Assembly (NCBI RefSeq): GCF_006345805.1
Contig: NC_042999.1
Location: 86,552,001 to 86,616,000, forward strand
Length of the DNA stretch: 64,000 nt
From: Octopus sinensis
Taxonomy: Eukaryota
Direction of reading: 5' to 3'
Positions within the stretch are counted from its first letter, which is position 1. Each line of letters begins with the position of its first letter. The position numbers were made by a program, and so were the translations under genes. Below the pieces are notes generated by a model. The model made no database searches. It was not told where the DNA came from and worked only from the letters and a program-made list of their open reading frames with translations. Of the stretch, positions 1 to 13,029 are shown piece after piece.

Positions 1-117
1 GATACTTATTTAATCGACCCCGAAAGGATGAAAGGTAAAATCGACCACGGCGGAATTTGAGCTCAGAACGTAACGGCAGACGAAATACAGCTAAGCATTT
101 CGCCCGGTGTGCTAACG
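1..117 (-). mobile_element. tRNA-derived SINE family A, partial
   Basis: Reverse complement of the family-A body (GTTCTGAGxTCAAATTCCGCC...TTTCATCCTTTCGGGGTCGAT) seen in many copies in this window. Confidence 0.85.
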
Positions 118-439
118 GTAGACATTACTGCCAGAATTTGAACCCCTCTTATGCACAAAAAATAGATATTCTTTGTTTTTTTAACAATGGAAGAAATACA
201 ACATAATATCAAAATGATCAAACAAATACTATAGACTAGTCATATCAAAACTAAACACCTGACTGCTGACGTATAAATGTAGAAAACAAAATTTCAAATG
301 CGCCCACGCGTATATGCGTGTGAGTGCGTGTGTAATAGGAAGTTTGTACCTTTCCCAATGCCTTCTTGTGAGGAATGAGACCATATCGCTGTACCAGCTT
401 ACCTCCTTCAATACTACAGTAATAACTTTCAATAATGCA

Positions 440-616
440 TGATACATATATATATACATACATATATATATATATACATATATATATATATTCATATACA
501 TATATATATATATATATACATACACGCACGTACATATATGTATATGCATATAGATGTGTATGTGCTGTATGTGCAGTTTATATATTTTTGTGTATGTGTG
601 TATATATGTATGTATG

Positions 617-677
<61 letters not shown>

Positions 678-678
678 G

Positions 679-723
<45 letters not shown>

Positions 724-726
724 GTA

Positions 727-775
<49 letters not shown>

Positions 776-860
776 ATTGTGCTGAAACTAATAATAAAAA
801 TACACACACACGCATATACATATTTACACATATACAACATACACACATACACACACGCAT
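440..860. repeat. Compound (AT)n/(GT)n/(AC)n microsatellite
   Basis: Visible directly; source of the IY/YI ORFs. Confidence 0.95.
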
Positions 861-2809
861 ATTATACATACTTGTTGGCACGCAAAGATAGTGAGTATAT
901 ATATGAATGCAAGAGTAGAGATAATTATAGAAAGTACCAATAGAGAAGCCATTTTTGTATGAGAGAATATATGTAACTTAGCTTTATAGATCAAAAGGAG
1001 ATAAACGCTACCTTTGAACTGAGGCAAACAGATGTGGGTGGTCCGGATGGAGAATTCATTAGATCAAGACAAATAGAAAATAGAAAAAAGTATTTGAAAA
1101 GTGCCAATATCATAAGCAGCAACTACTTCAACGTTCCCAAGGAAATTTGAGTGTTATTGATTTCTTTTTTTTACTTTCATTTTATCACCATCGATATTTC
1201 AACTATAAAGAACTAATATATGTTAACACCTGTTTTCTATAGGATATTTTCACTTATGGTTCCTGCTTTTGTTCTGTTGTTTAACTTTTCTGAATACTCA
1301 CTTTTCTCTATAGGCGACACTTTAAACTAGTCTGAAAAATTATTAATTAGCATGTATGTATATCAAGTTCAATAACTTTATAAAAGTCTTACTGGGGATT
1401 TTGAATGTATGTACAGATGAAAAGAGAAGGTGGAAAACGTAGTCACTTAGCTATTTGGTATCAAATGTGATGTAGAGAAAATATCAGAGAAAAGAAAGAG
1501 CATTTAGTGTATGCACAATCAACGTATTGTACTTTTCGGCTGGCACAGATATTAATACGTTTGTACTCAATGTTTGGAAGTTCCCGTTGTGTCTGCTATA
1601 CACATTCCATTTATGTAAGGGCACAGAACATATATGAAAATATACGTTTATGTTCTTTGATACATTAGACATTTATATGTAGTTGATGCAAATCCAGAGC
1701 CGGTGGGTTGATTTACGTCTTTAGAAACTTGGACAAACACTCGATTTATCTACGAAACCAGATTCTTATTCGAAAATAAGTTACTTATATGTTTGAAGAT
1801 TTCACAATTATCTACAGAGGTGAAATAACCTTTCTTGAAACTACCTTATATACATTACATCTCCTTTAGATTGATATATCTTTATCATATACGAACAAGA
1901 ACTAACTACTAAATATGATATGAATAAGAATTATAGTACCATCTCCTACCGACTGGATTTAATAATGGTTTCTAGTGTTTGAAATATCAAACTAGTGTCG
2001 AGATATTTACTAATATCCATAAAAAAATACCTTTAAAAAATTGGTCGATTCTTCCAGTTGAAAGGAAATCTATCCAATGTAGACGTAACTTCTATGAGAT
2101 AATTCTCTACAATAAGGAGGAAAAGACGTAATGCTTTGTGAAAGTTAACATCTCAGCTATTTTGAAAATTCTTTTTATAGGAACGGTGAAGCAGTTTTTT
2201 CCTGAGTTAGGAGAGAAATCTTCTGAAGAAGTGGCATGTATTTTATTCAAATCTACAGGATTCAAAACGTCTACGTTGTAAACCAGAAAGTATAAGTATA
2301 ATCGTATATTACAAATACATTCCTTCGCATTTATTCACTCGCACACGTAACTGGTGTATGTGTGTGTGTGTGTGTGTGTGTTTCAATGACTCGAACTAAT
2401 GCTCGAAGAAACGAAATGTTGAAAGAAATGGATTAGTTGATTGAACTGACGTCAGTATAATACTAGAGCTTTCTTTATTTGAACCAGAAGAATATAAGTA
2501 AAGCCAATCTGATCACGATTTGAACTCAGAATGCAGTGCTCTGAGTTTGATGCTTACACTCTTACAGTCTGGTATCGCTTGTATTTCTGCTAACTCGTCA
2601 CTGTGCCAAAATCAGAAATATTGATTTAGTGTGCAAACAAAAGGCCAAAATAAAGTTGGGTAGAGTCGAATAAATGTGGCAAACTCCATATAGAGGTCTT
2701 TTACAAGTATTTATTATATTAAATCCAGAAGGATGAAGAGAAAAGTTGACGGGAGTGCAATTTAAACTCTTGGGTGATGGAGTTTTAAAAATGTGAGATA
2801 TTTAAGGTG

Positions 2810-3210
2810 GTGCTATGCCGTTCTTAATGTTGATTTCAAATTTTGACACTAGGCCATCGATTTTCGACCCCAGTGTTTAACTGATATATATTTTATCGAC
2901 CTCGAAAAGAACGTTAAGGATGGACGAAATGGTGCTAAGCATTTTGACCGGCGTGCTAACGGTTCTGCCAGCTCGCCGCTTTTGCTGTTGTTTATATAGG
3001 TTTTAAATTTTGGCACAAGGCCAGCAACTTCGGGAGATGGAGTAAGTCGATTACGTCAACCCGATGACTCAACTGGTACTTATTTTTATCGACCCCGAAC
3101 GGATGAAAGGTAAAGTCGACCTTTTTTATGAATTTGAACTCAGAATGTAAAGACCGACGAAATGTCACTAGGCATTTCACCCGGCTTGCAAACGATTCTA
3201 CCAGCACGCT
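2810..3210 (-). mobile_element. Two degenerate family-A SINEs in tandem
   Basis: Two matches to family-A consensus, ending CCAGCTCGCCGC (about 2980) and CCAGCACGCTGCC (about 3210). Confidence 0.75.
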
Positions 3211-3655
3211 GCCTTTGTCGTTCTTAATATTGATTGTTTTGCAATTGGAAACAAAATAAGCTTGCCACATTATCACGACCGTCTCTTTGCAGGCTATAAG
3301 AGAAATAAATATTGCTGATTTCCATTTTTGTTTCGAATCCTGACTGAAACTATTTAGCTTTATATCTATCAGTAATACCTAGGAATGAGTGAATCTCTGA
3401 ACCTCTGTACGGTCCAAACCTACTTGAAATAGTAACCAAATTTCTCTCAAACAACACACTCACCTCGAGAACCTAAGGTCACTTTTGATACATTACGTCT
3501 GAAATGAATGATGGGACGGTTAGAGCTTAAACGATTTTCATTGTTTCAATCAAGGTTCACTTAGAATTAAACAACAATACAGGAAGGTTAAAATATGTTC
3601 TCATTTCGTACCTCTAAAAATCAATAACCTCTTGGTTCTTTCTTCATAATTTCAG

Positions 3656-3735
3656 GAGCTTTAAAGCAATATGGTTCTCTCTTGGCTCTTGGTTCTTTGA
3701 CAGGACTGCATCAACTAATTTAGCGTGCATAAAAA
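3656..3735 (+). CDS. Candidate isolated coding exon, unidentified (xSFKAIWFSLGSWFFDRTASTNLACIKx)
   Basis: Pyrimidine-rich acceptor TTCTTTCTTCATAATTTCAG, donor GTAAGA, one open frame; no partner exon found and no family recognised. Confidence 0.25.
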
Positions 3736-4379
3736 GTAAGAGTACATGGTCACTACCGAGAATAATAAACGGGTCGATGGTTTCGTTGCCATTTATTCCA
3801 CTGCCTTGATATTGATATTAACGTTCTTTTATTCGCTTCATCATGATCTTTTTTAGGGTTTCCGAGACTGGTAGGAGAGAAGAAACTATCCTAAAATCGG
3901 AGACTTAACTCGAATATTTGCAATAGAGTGGACAAGTGGTAGTGGTAATAAGCCTGGTCACAAATTAAGTCTAAAACTGCCTTGCCCGAAATATATTTCG
4001 GTTTATTTTCAACGTAGCTCAATTACCATATTTAGGCTGGTGAAAGTGGAAAGTATGATGCCCTTTTCAGACATCATTAGCACTGTAAATAATTTCAAAT
4101 AGGGATCGTACTATGTCGCATTAGTATCTTACCTTTAACAGTATAGGATTCACCACCTTAAGTAAATAATAATTCCTTACATTGGTACAAGACTACACAT
4201 GCTTAAAAAAGTTAATTGAACCAAAGTCCTGGCGATTGTTTTAAAGAACCTAGAAAAAGGACAGCGGAATTTGAACTCAGGAAGCTGTGTCAAAGATGAA
4301 TATTATCACAAGGGCTATCCTGCACTCTATCGTTTCTGTCAGTTCATTGCTACTTTCTTGAGTAAATATTCCTTTCCAC

Positions 4380-4585
4380 TCAAGGCATAAGGCTTGAAAT
4401 TTGGGGGGAGGGGGCCAGTCGATTAGATCGACCCCAGTACGCAACTGGTACTTAATTTATTGACCCCCGAAAGGATTAAAGGTAAAGTCGACCTCGGCAG
4501 AATTTGAACTCAGAACGTAAAGACAGACGTAATACAACTAAGCATTTCGCCCGGCGTTCAAACGTTTCTGCCAGCTCACCGCCTT
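4380..4585 (-). mobile_element. Family-A SINE
   Basis: Full head-to-tail match to other copies, ending CCAGCTCACCGCCTT. Confidence 0.9.
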
Positions 4586-5534
4586 CCTTGAATAAATATT
4601 AGAAACATAATAGATAAGGAAGGCTTTTACAAGTATGTAGTAGTTGGCTGCTTGTGTATTTATGTGTATCTAAACATATGTTCTTCATAGGTAGTCCACG
4701 GAGTTCAGAAAATACTAATCGTTGACTATAATTGTCTGTCACATAACCATTACAACCATTCAGATAATACATGATAAATAAATAATTAAATAGATAAATA
4801 AACAAATAGTTAAGAAACATAGTTTAGTTACTAGAATAATAGCAAATGGAAATATACGTATAAAAAATTCTTAATAAATAAGTAAATACGATCTATCCCC
4901 ACACCATTGTAATGTGCATTTTAGAAAAAAACGTAAACGTCTCATATTTATCCGATAAATTTGAAGTCATTTAATGTAAAACACACTCATACACATACTC
5001 ACATAAGAAGCACACTCACACACACATATATGTATTTAGATATATATGGCAGTAAAGCAAACTTTTTTTAACCACTCAGCTACAATATAATGTGTATGTA
5101 TGTTTGTGTGGATATATAAACCTTTATATATGTGTGTGTGTGTGTGTTTGTATGTATGTGTATGTATATATACATGTATGTATGTATGTATGTATGTATG
5201 TATGTATGTATGTATGTATGTATCAATAAATGTGGTAAGATATGAAAATTTAACATCATTATAGAAGCTTAGTGTGTCTTCTTTTTGTCTCAGACTAAAT
5301 AAATTCAGACATATAAATAAAGTGAAAATTTTCAAATTTGGTAACTTCGTGTAATTTTTCCCGCCGAATCTGATTTTATTATTCACTTATCACAGAAAAA
5401 TTCTATAAAATGTTGAAGAGGCTTAAATTTTGATAATTTTTACCCACTCAGAAAACAGGATTTAGAAACTGGTGTTTTCTACATGATAGTTGTCAATCAC
5501 AATATTACGGAGGCGGAAGTCAGGTCATGTAAAC

Positions 5535-5853
5535 TAGGTTTTCTCAATCATTTTTTACCTATGGACTCCTTTGATTACTATTTTATTTGGGTGGATCTCC
5601 ATAACCATTCGATATTTAAAAAATCCTATTGCATTTTTAATAATTAAATAATATTAGGATTTATATAGATATTTTGTGAATTGTGGACGTAAAACCAATT
5701 AATTGCACAGAAACTGTACTGGTCTGAAGCACAATTTTCTCATGGCCCTTAAAAAATTGCCGTGGCCTCCTCATTTACTATATTGCATCCGTTGACCTCA
5801 AAAACTCTTATACAGACCCCAGGCCTCATATAGATTTCGGTTGAGAACCCCCG
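5535..5853. mobile_element. hAT-type MITE
   Basis: 15-bp imperfect TIRs TAGGTTTTCTCAATC / GGTTGAGAACCCCCG; 8-bp TSD ATGTAAAC (5527-5534) / ATGTAAAT (5854-5861). Confidence 0.8.
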
Positions 5854-5954
5854 ATGTAAATAGTCAATGCATTTTTTTGCAGCAAAAATTCGAAAATTAA
5901 AGTTTGAGATACTCTCTCGGACTTGCTCAAACGAATGACAATTTTCGTATATCT

Positions 5955-6178
5955 ATTTCTTTACTACCCAAAAGGGGCTACACACAGAGAGGACAGACAA
6001 ACGGATTAAGTCGATTATATTGACCCCCAGTGCGTAACTGGTACTTAATTTATCGACCCCGAAAGGATGAAAGGCAAAGTCGACCTCGGCGGAATTTGAA
6101 CCCAGAACGTAATGGCAGACGAAATACGGCTACCGCATTTCGCCCGGCGTGCTAACGTTTCTGCCAGCTCGCCGCCTT
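5955..6178 (-). mobile_element. Family-A SINE
   Basis: Near-consensus copy, ends CTGCCAGCTCGCCGCCTT. Confidence 0.92.
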
Positions 6179-6384
6179 AAATTTTCGTATATCCTTTGCC
6201 ACATCAAACGTTCTATGGTTGACTCCGAGTTGATGTGGCAAAGGATATACGAAAACTGTCATTCGTTCGAGAAAGTCCGGGAGCGGAAAGAACTGTGACA
6301 GATTGACAACACTTGTAGAAACTTGCCTCACTATGCGTCTACAATGCGGGTGTAGCAAAGTGCTAGTAATTATTTCTCAATTGT

Positions 6385-6580
6385 TTTAATCATTTGACTG
6401 CTGCCGTTCTGGTGCACCGCTTTGAACGGTTTTAGTCGAACAAATCGACTCCAGGACTTATTTTTTTAAAAGCTTAGTACTTATACTGTTGGTCACTTTT
6501 GCGAACCATTAAGTAAAAGGGACGTGAACAAACCAGCACCAGTTGTTAAGCGGTAGTGGAGAGATAAGCACTAACACAAA

Positions 6581-6629
<49 letters not shown>

Positions 6630-6785
6630 CGGGTTTCAGTTTTCGTCTACCAAATCAACTCACAAGGCTTTGGTCAGCCCGAAGCTATAGTAGTAGACAT
6701 TTTCCCAAGGCTCCACGCAGTTGGAGTGAAACCGAAACCATATGGCTGCGAAGCAAGTTTCTTACCAACACAGCCATGCCTGCGC
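6385..6785 (-). mobile_element. tRNA-derived SINE family B (internal (GT)n)
   Basis: Reverse complement of 27843-28230 type: head, internal (AC)n, tail GGTGCTCCAGCATGGCC-like. Confidence 0.8.
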
Positions 6786-7352
6786 CTATATATTCAGAAA
6801 GCCGAACATTTTAATTAGGTTTCAGTAACTAGGGACCGAATCCCGCCTGTAACCTGTTAAATAGCCTCGTTTTCTCAGTTTAAGGTGTTCAGCGGAGAAT
6901 TTTTTTCAAAAGATTTGGAGAAAGGGTACCAGAAATCATTGCCTTAGAATTGATGTTGAAGACAAGAAAAAATAAAGTCTGCAGAGATGTTTAAAAATCA
7001 TATGAATAATATGACATATTATTTAAAAGCAAGTTATGTATCTTTATTTATGAAGCGGTTATGATTTAATAGAGCGTTATTTGGTGATACAGTTGTAAAA
7101 GAGTGATATAAGAAGATACTTTTATTTATTACCCACTCAAAGTTTTCTCAGAAGTACCCTGCATTAGCTACTATTTCAAAGTTACAAAGAACTTGAAATT
7201 GTATCCAATGCCTGAAAAACAAGTGGTTTCCAATTTAACTTAATAAACTGTTCCGTTGATGGGATCAACTGGAGCCCGAGTCGTTGTAATCGACGTGCTA
7301 AAAAGTAATGTATACTTATATATCTATGTGTATATACATGTATAAGTAAGTG

Positions 7353-7442
<90 letters not shown>

Positions 7443-7649
7443 ATACACTCATGATTCCTATTCGACACTTAATATACGTATGAATGTAGCTATATACACT
7501 TTCAGACACAGCTCAGGTCTTCAACCCACATTCATCTATATGCTTCAATCAAAGTATATGTATGTAAGTGTTTGTGCGTGTATATGTGTGTTGTGTGTAT
7601 GCGTTTGTATGTTTCTAAAATTACATAGATACACACACAATATATATAC

Positions 7650-7693
<44 letters not shown>

Positions 7694-9299
7694 TATATAT
7701 ACATACATACATACATACATACATACATACATACATACATACATACTACATACATACATACATACACACATATTGTATATTTATATATATAATGTTTAGC
7801 TTACGTAGTTATATATGTGTTTATTGGAATTCATGTAGGTTTTTAAGAATTGTCTATATGGAAGGAATGCGAAATATTGCTTTTAATTTTCATATATTGG
7901 TCTCTGGTTCGTTTTGTTTTTGGTTCAATTTAAAATATGCTGCTAATTTAAAGATCATGTAACATGTTGAGATTTCAAAATGCGTCACTATCGCATCTTA
8001 ACCATCCTCAGTTGAAGGTGATGAAGCTCAAGAAGGGGAAGATGTTCAGGGGGTGGCGACGATGTGACGAGACAGAACTCCTTTTCAATGGGAAACAGGT
8101 GGCTCTAAGTAAACTATGGGACTATGAATTCTTGTCAGCAAAGGATTCTTCTGATAGAATCCGACAGGCTAGACAGTAACTAAAATTTCGTATATATTGA
8201 GATTTTTTTTTATCTTTTATTTTATCCACAAAAGCAAAAAGACAACAACAACAACAACGACAAATCTGTATTAGGACAAAAACAAATAACAGGACATCAA
8301 AAGAGTAGAGGAGCTGAAAGAAAATTATAGAGAATAGTGAATTAAGAAGATGTAACTCGTAAAATTGTAAGAGCAGATGGTGAATATTGTAATAAAACTC
8401 AGAAATAAGCCTGAAGGGTTCTTCGTATGGGACTGTAAACGTTAATGTAGTTTATAACGGAAGAATGAACTTCAGTAAGTATGCAAAGAGAATTGAGTGA
8501 CAACATAAAATGGCTAGAACACGTATCAAGTTCTGTCAAATCTCAAAAATACTGACCTTACTTTAATATTCTTGCACGTGACCGTTATTTTTGATCGAGG
8601 CAAAAACCATAGAACTTTCTGGTTTGTATTAACTCAATACACTGCGTCTCTATTATTTGACTTAAGCAAATAAATAAACACAAATATTCGCTAAAATCAA
8701 CATGTACGCCTGCACATATAAATACACACAAACAACCATGCGTACATATGGAGATGTTTATGCTTGCCTGCTCATACAAATAACGCAAAACACACACATA
8801 CATGCCTACATATGTAGAGCATTACATACATATATGACTACCAATCTAGGCATAGTTATAAAAACATACATTTAAAGATATTAGATTAAAAGAGCAATAA
8901 AAACAGCACTCACACATAGCTAATCCTAATTCGCTTCATCTGTTATTCACTTCATAGAAACAGTGCAGTGAAGAGCTTTTCCAAAGTATAAGTTAGTCAT
9001 TTCTGAGAGACAAAAAAATAACTTTTGTTCGGTTTTATTGGTAACAAACCCTAAAACATATTTTTAAAACAGGGTGGGAATTCTATAAAAGTTTGATACA
9101 GCTTATAAAAGGTCTCTCATTGGACATCAATATTTGTCGAAACGTACTTCAAATACTTATACATTTGTGTGTGTTATGTGCATTCATACACACACACATA
9201 CACTCGCACAAGCACACACACACACACACACACACATACACACACACACACACACACACGAACACGAATGCATGAGAAAAGTATGTCTAAACAAAGATT

Positions 9300-9551
9300 C
9301 TATCCATTCATTCAGCCTCGGTGAATGTAGCTACGACCAGGTGGAGTAGGTGCTCTCAAGTGGTGTTCAGCGATAACTTAGATAACTGAGTGCTTCGACC
9401 TTGAAATGTAACACCTCTCCGTTGGCGAGGTGGAGACGGGGGCTACATTTATTGTTCATCTTCTCCTCTCGTTCGGTTTAGCTCCTCTTTCTTATTTCCT
9501 AATCAAGAAGTTCTTCGGCCATATCCTCATCCTGCTAACGGCTATTATTCC

Positions 9552-9586
<35 letters not shown>

Positions 9587-9870
9587 ATTTCAAATTATGT
9601 GAATATTCTCGATATTAACTGGCACAGAATCTTCTTCTGTTATCCTTTCATCTTGCAATCGTGCAAAAGATTCGATAAGTTCACTCTCTTTCAGTCAGAA
9701 GATTGGGTCACAGCATTCTTCCCAGGGGGCAGTAAGTCCTATTAGGATTATCTTCGTCGTCTCTTCAGTCTACAGAACCAAAATCAGAGTGATTTCCTGG
9801 ACAGCTTGTACTGATTGAAGCCTTTCTCCCAGAGTATGGTAGTGGTGTAACATTGCATGTATAAGACAAT
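9300..9870 (-). mobile_element. Degenerate RLE-type non-LTR retrotransposon 3' end (HERO-like)
   Basis: Minus-strand translation KIILIGLTAPWEE resembles the IILIELTVPWEE motif of HERO-type endonucleases; stops present. Confidence 0.45.
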
Positions 9871-10469
9871 GAAGAATTAATCTGTACACGTTGACTAAAT
9901 CTAGCCAAACCAATGTCACTATTGTTATTTTATTCTGGGGTTGCTCGAATCATTTGACTTCTCTCTCTGCCTAAGAGCTCCAGTGGATCCCAGATTTGCA
10001 CAGAAGCCTGGGCCCCTACGTTTCTCGATAGTGGCGTTGATATATTCGCTTTCGCTCATGTGATGTGTGCGTGTATAATACACATGTATAGATATATGTA
10101 TGTGTATATATACGTATACATATACATACATATATATATATAAAAAAAAAGGAAATGAAGAAAATACTGACAAAATAATTTAAGTAAGGGAGAGTGTATT
10201 TAATTAGGTGAAAGTTCTTTTTTTAAACAAAAAAAAGAGAAAAATTGGGTTAGAATACAATGTTCATTTTTTGTGAATGATTTCAGTGTATAAGAAAAAA
10301 AGTAAGAGTCTTTTACAGTGTTCTGTAATATACAGTTTTTTTTTGGAAAAGTTCAATGTCAGATTTCAGTGTAGAATAAAAAAAAGTAAGAGTTTACCGG
10401 TTGCGCATTTGTTATGCTTATCAAAAGATATTTTGAGTGAGATAGAGTTCCTTTCTGATTGATTTTTTT

Positions 10470-10473
<4 letters not shown>

Positions 10474-10547
<74 letters not shown>
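10474..10547. repeat. (AG)n microsatellite
   Basis: Visible directly. Confidence 0.95.
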
Positions 10548-10550
<3 letters not shown>

Positions 10551-11004
10551 TGAGTTCAAAATGGAACAATTCAAACTTTTTGAGAGGTCCCAAAAGAGAG
10601 AAAGAATGATTTTTAATAAAGATTCATCATATTAAAAAAAAAACGGCCAGAGCAAGTAATAAGAATATGAAGATTGTAGTTGAAGAATGTCGTTATAGGT
10701 ATAAATATAGCATAAACAATTATAGAAAAATGGAGGAGAAAAAGATGTTGAATCAAAAATTAGATTCAATACAAAATACATATGCGCGTTTCAAACGACA
10801 ATACAAAATTGTAAGAAAAAAGTATAAACATAGTAATTATAATTAAATCTATGCATTGGCATTTTCATCAGTGTGAGGAACTTTTGCCGACGTGTTAAGA
10901 GACGGGGACATAAAGACACCAGCATTGGTTGTCAAACGATGGCGAGAGAACAAACACAGAGACACACACGTAAGTCGTCGACAGGGCAGGAAACTGGACT
11001 AATT

Positions 11005-11135
11005 TCCAATCGGATTTACCCGCTGGTATCCGATGGGCGGAAAAACACAATATGCAGCTAAACAAGAATAAATTTGAATTAATCCACTTCGGCAAAGAGG
11101 CTGCACTTAAACTGTCATACACTCCTTTTTCGTGC
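11005..11135 (+). mobile_element. CR1/L2/Jockey-group LINE RT fragment
   Basis: Translates FQSDLPAGIRWAEKHNMQLNKNKFELIHFGK, matching the LQxDL..W...NNMxLNxxKFE motif after RT domain 5. Confidence 0.7.
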
Positions 11136-11359
11136 AACAACCTTGTGGCATCAAATACCAGACAAAATGCTTAGCGGCATCAAAAGCGGACAAAGTGCTT
11201 AACGACATTTATTCCGTCTTTAAGTTCTTCGTTCAAAATTCCGCCAAGGTTGATTTTATATTTTATCCTTTAGGGGTCAATAAAATAATTACCAGCTGAG
11301 CACCAGTGTGAATGTAATTCTCCCCACCAAATTTCAGGCCTAAGCTTATAGTTGTAACG

Positions 11360-11418
<59 letters not shown>

Positions 11419-11421
<3 letters not shown>

Positions 11422-11633
11422 GGCGGCGAGCTGGCAGAATCGTTAGTACGCCGGGCAAAATGGTCAGCGGTATTTCGTCCATGTCTACGCTTTGAGTTCA
11501 AATTCCGCAGAGATCGACTCTGCCATTCATCCTTTCCGGTTTGATAAATTAAGTACCAGTGAAATACTGGAGCCGATGTAATCGACTAGCGCCATTTTTC
11601 AAAATGTCAGGCATCGTGCCTTTGGTAGAAAGG

Positions 11634-11640
<7 letters not shown>
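11419..11640 (+). mobile_element. Family-A SINE with (TAT)n tail
   Basis: AAGGCGGCGAGCTGGCAGAA head, B-box-like GAGTTCAAATTCC, tail GTAGAAAGGATTATT. Confidence 0.9.
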
Positions 11641-11679
<39 letters not shown>

Positions 11680-11704
11680 TATTATTATTATTATTATTAT
11701 TATT

Positions 11705-11914
11705 GAGTGAGTGAGAGAGCAGTGCATGCCATCAAGTTGACACCGGGGTAAAATATACGAAGCTCAGTATACCCATCATGACTACCCGTCTGAGAAGGGT
11801 ACGCCAGTCACAGGCATGACAACTGTCCAAACCCCAAAGAATTCCTCTCAACACATGACTATGATGCTCCCCCATTACTTCTACCCGTTATCAGAGATGT
11901 ACATATCGTCAGCC
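11705..11914 (-). mobile_element. Non-coding (AAT)n-embedded element, internally deleted copy
   Basis: Homologous to both ends of 18968-19391; flanked by (TAT)n on both sides. Confidence 0.8.
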
Positions 11915-12331
11915 AATTATCATTATTATTTTATGAGTTAAAAATCCGCAGTGATTAACTCAGCCTTTCATTCTTTTGTAAACAATAAAATAAAGTACCA
12001 GTTAGGTTCTGAGGTCGATGGTATCGATTAACCCCCAAAACTGCTGTGTACTAAAATTTAGAAAGTATTCAAAGCGGTGAGCATTCAGAATTGTTAACGG
12101 GTCGAACAAAATCTTTAGCTTAATTCCCCTCAAAATTGCAGGTCTTGTGTCGAAATTAGAAAGAATTATTAACAATGCATCGATTTTGCCTTTCATTATT
12201 TCAATGATGATAAAATAAGTACCAGTTGAGCACTGGTCGGTGTAATCAATCATCCCCCTACCACGTAAATTCAGGCCTTCTGTCTTTAGTAGAAAGTAAT
12301 ATTATCACTATCACATTATTTTCGCTCAGTA

Positions 12332-12977
12332 AGGCGGCGAGCTGGCAGAAACGTTAGCACGCCGGGCGAAATGCGTAGCCGTATTTCGTCTGCCGTTACG
12401 TTCTGAGTTCAAATTCCGCCGAGGTCGACTTTGCCTTTCATCCTTTCGGGGTCGATTAAATAAGTACCAGTTACGCACTGTGGTCGATCTAATCGACTTA
12501 TCCCGTTTGTCTGTCCTTGTCTGTCCCCTCTATGTTTAGCCCCTTGAGTGCAGTAAAGAAATAAGAAACGTTAGCACGCCGGGCGAAATGCTTGGCTGTA
12601 TTACGTCTGTCTCCACGTTTTGAATTCAAATTTCGCCGAGGTCAACTTTGCCTTTCATCCTTTCGGGGTCGATTAAATAAGTACCAGTTACGCACTGGGG
12701 TCGATGTGATCGACTCAATCCGTTTGTTTGTCTTTGTTTGTCTCCTCTGAGTGTAACCCCTTGTAGGCAGTAAAGAAATAAGAAGCGTTAGCACGCAAGG
12801 CGAAATGCTTAGATGTATTTCGTCTGTCTCTACGTTCTGAATTCAAATTCCGCCGAAGTTGACTTTGTTTTCATCCTTTCGGGGTCAATAAATTAAGTAC
12901 CAGTTGCGTACTGGGGTCGATCTAATCGACTGGCCCCCTCACCCAAAATTTCAGGCCTTATGCATAGAGAAGAAAAT
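12332..12977 (+). mobile_element. Trimeric family-A SINE with 17-bp TSD
   Basis: Units 12332-12563, 12564-12780, 12781-12977; perfect TSD ATTATTTTCGCTCAGTA at 12315-12331 and 12978-12994. Confidence 0.92.
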
Positions 12978-13029
12978 ATTATTTTCGCTCAGTACTTGTG
13001 TTTTTCTGCTGGTTTTGTTCGTTGAAAAA

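Noticed and set aside
229-943. Long IY/HT/CV/NN/LS-rich ORFs here and throughout the track
   Set aside because: Translations of stop-free microsatellites, not genes.
7964-8179. 71-aa non-repetitive ORF
   Set aside because: No recognisable motif or splice support; likely chance or a TE remnant.
9690-9726. Strong splice signals around 37 nt (CTCTCTTTCAG ... GTAAGT)
   Set aside because: Lies antisense within the HERO-like endonuclease relic; exonisation is possible but unsupported.
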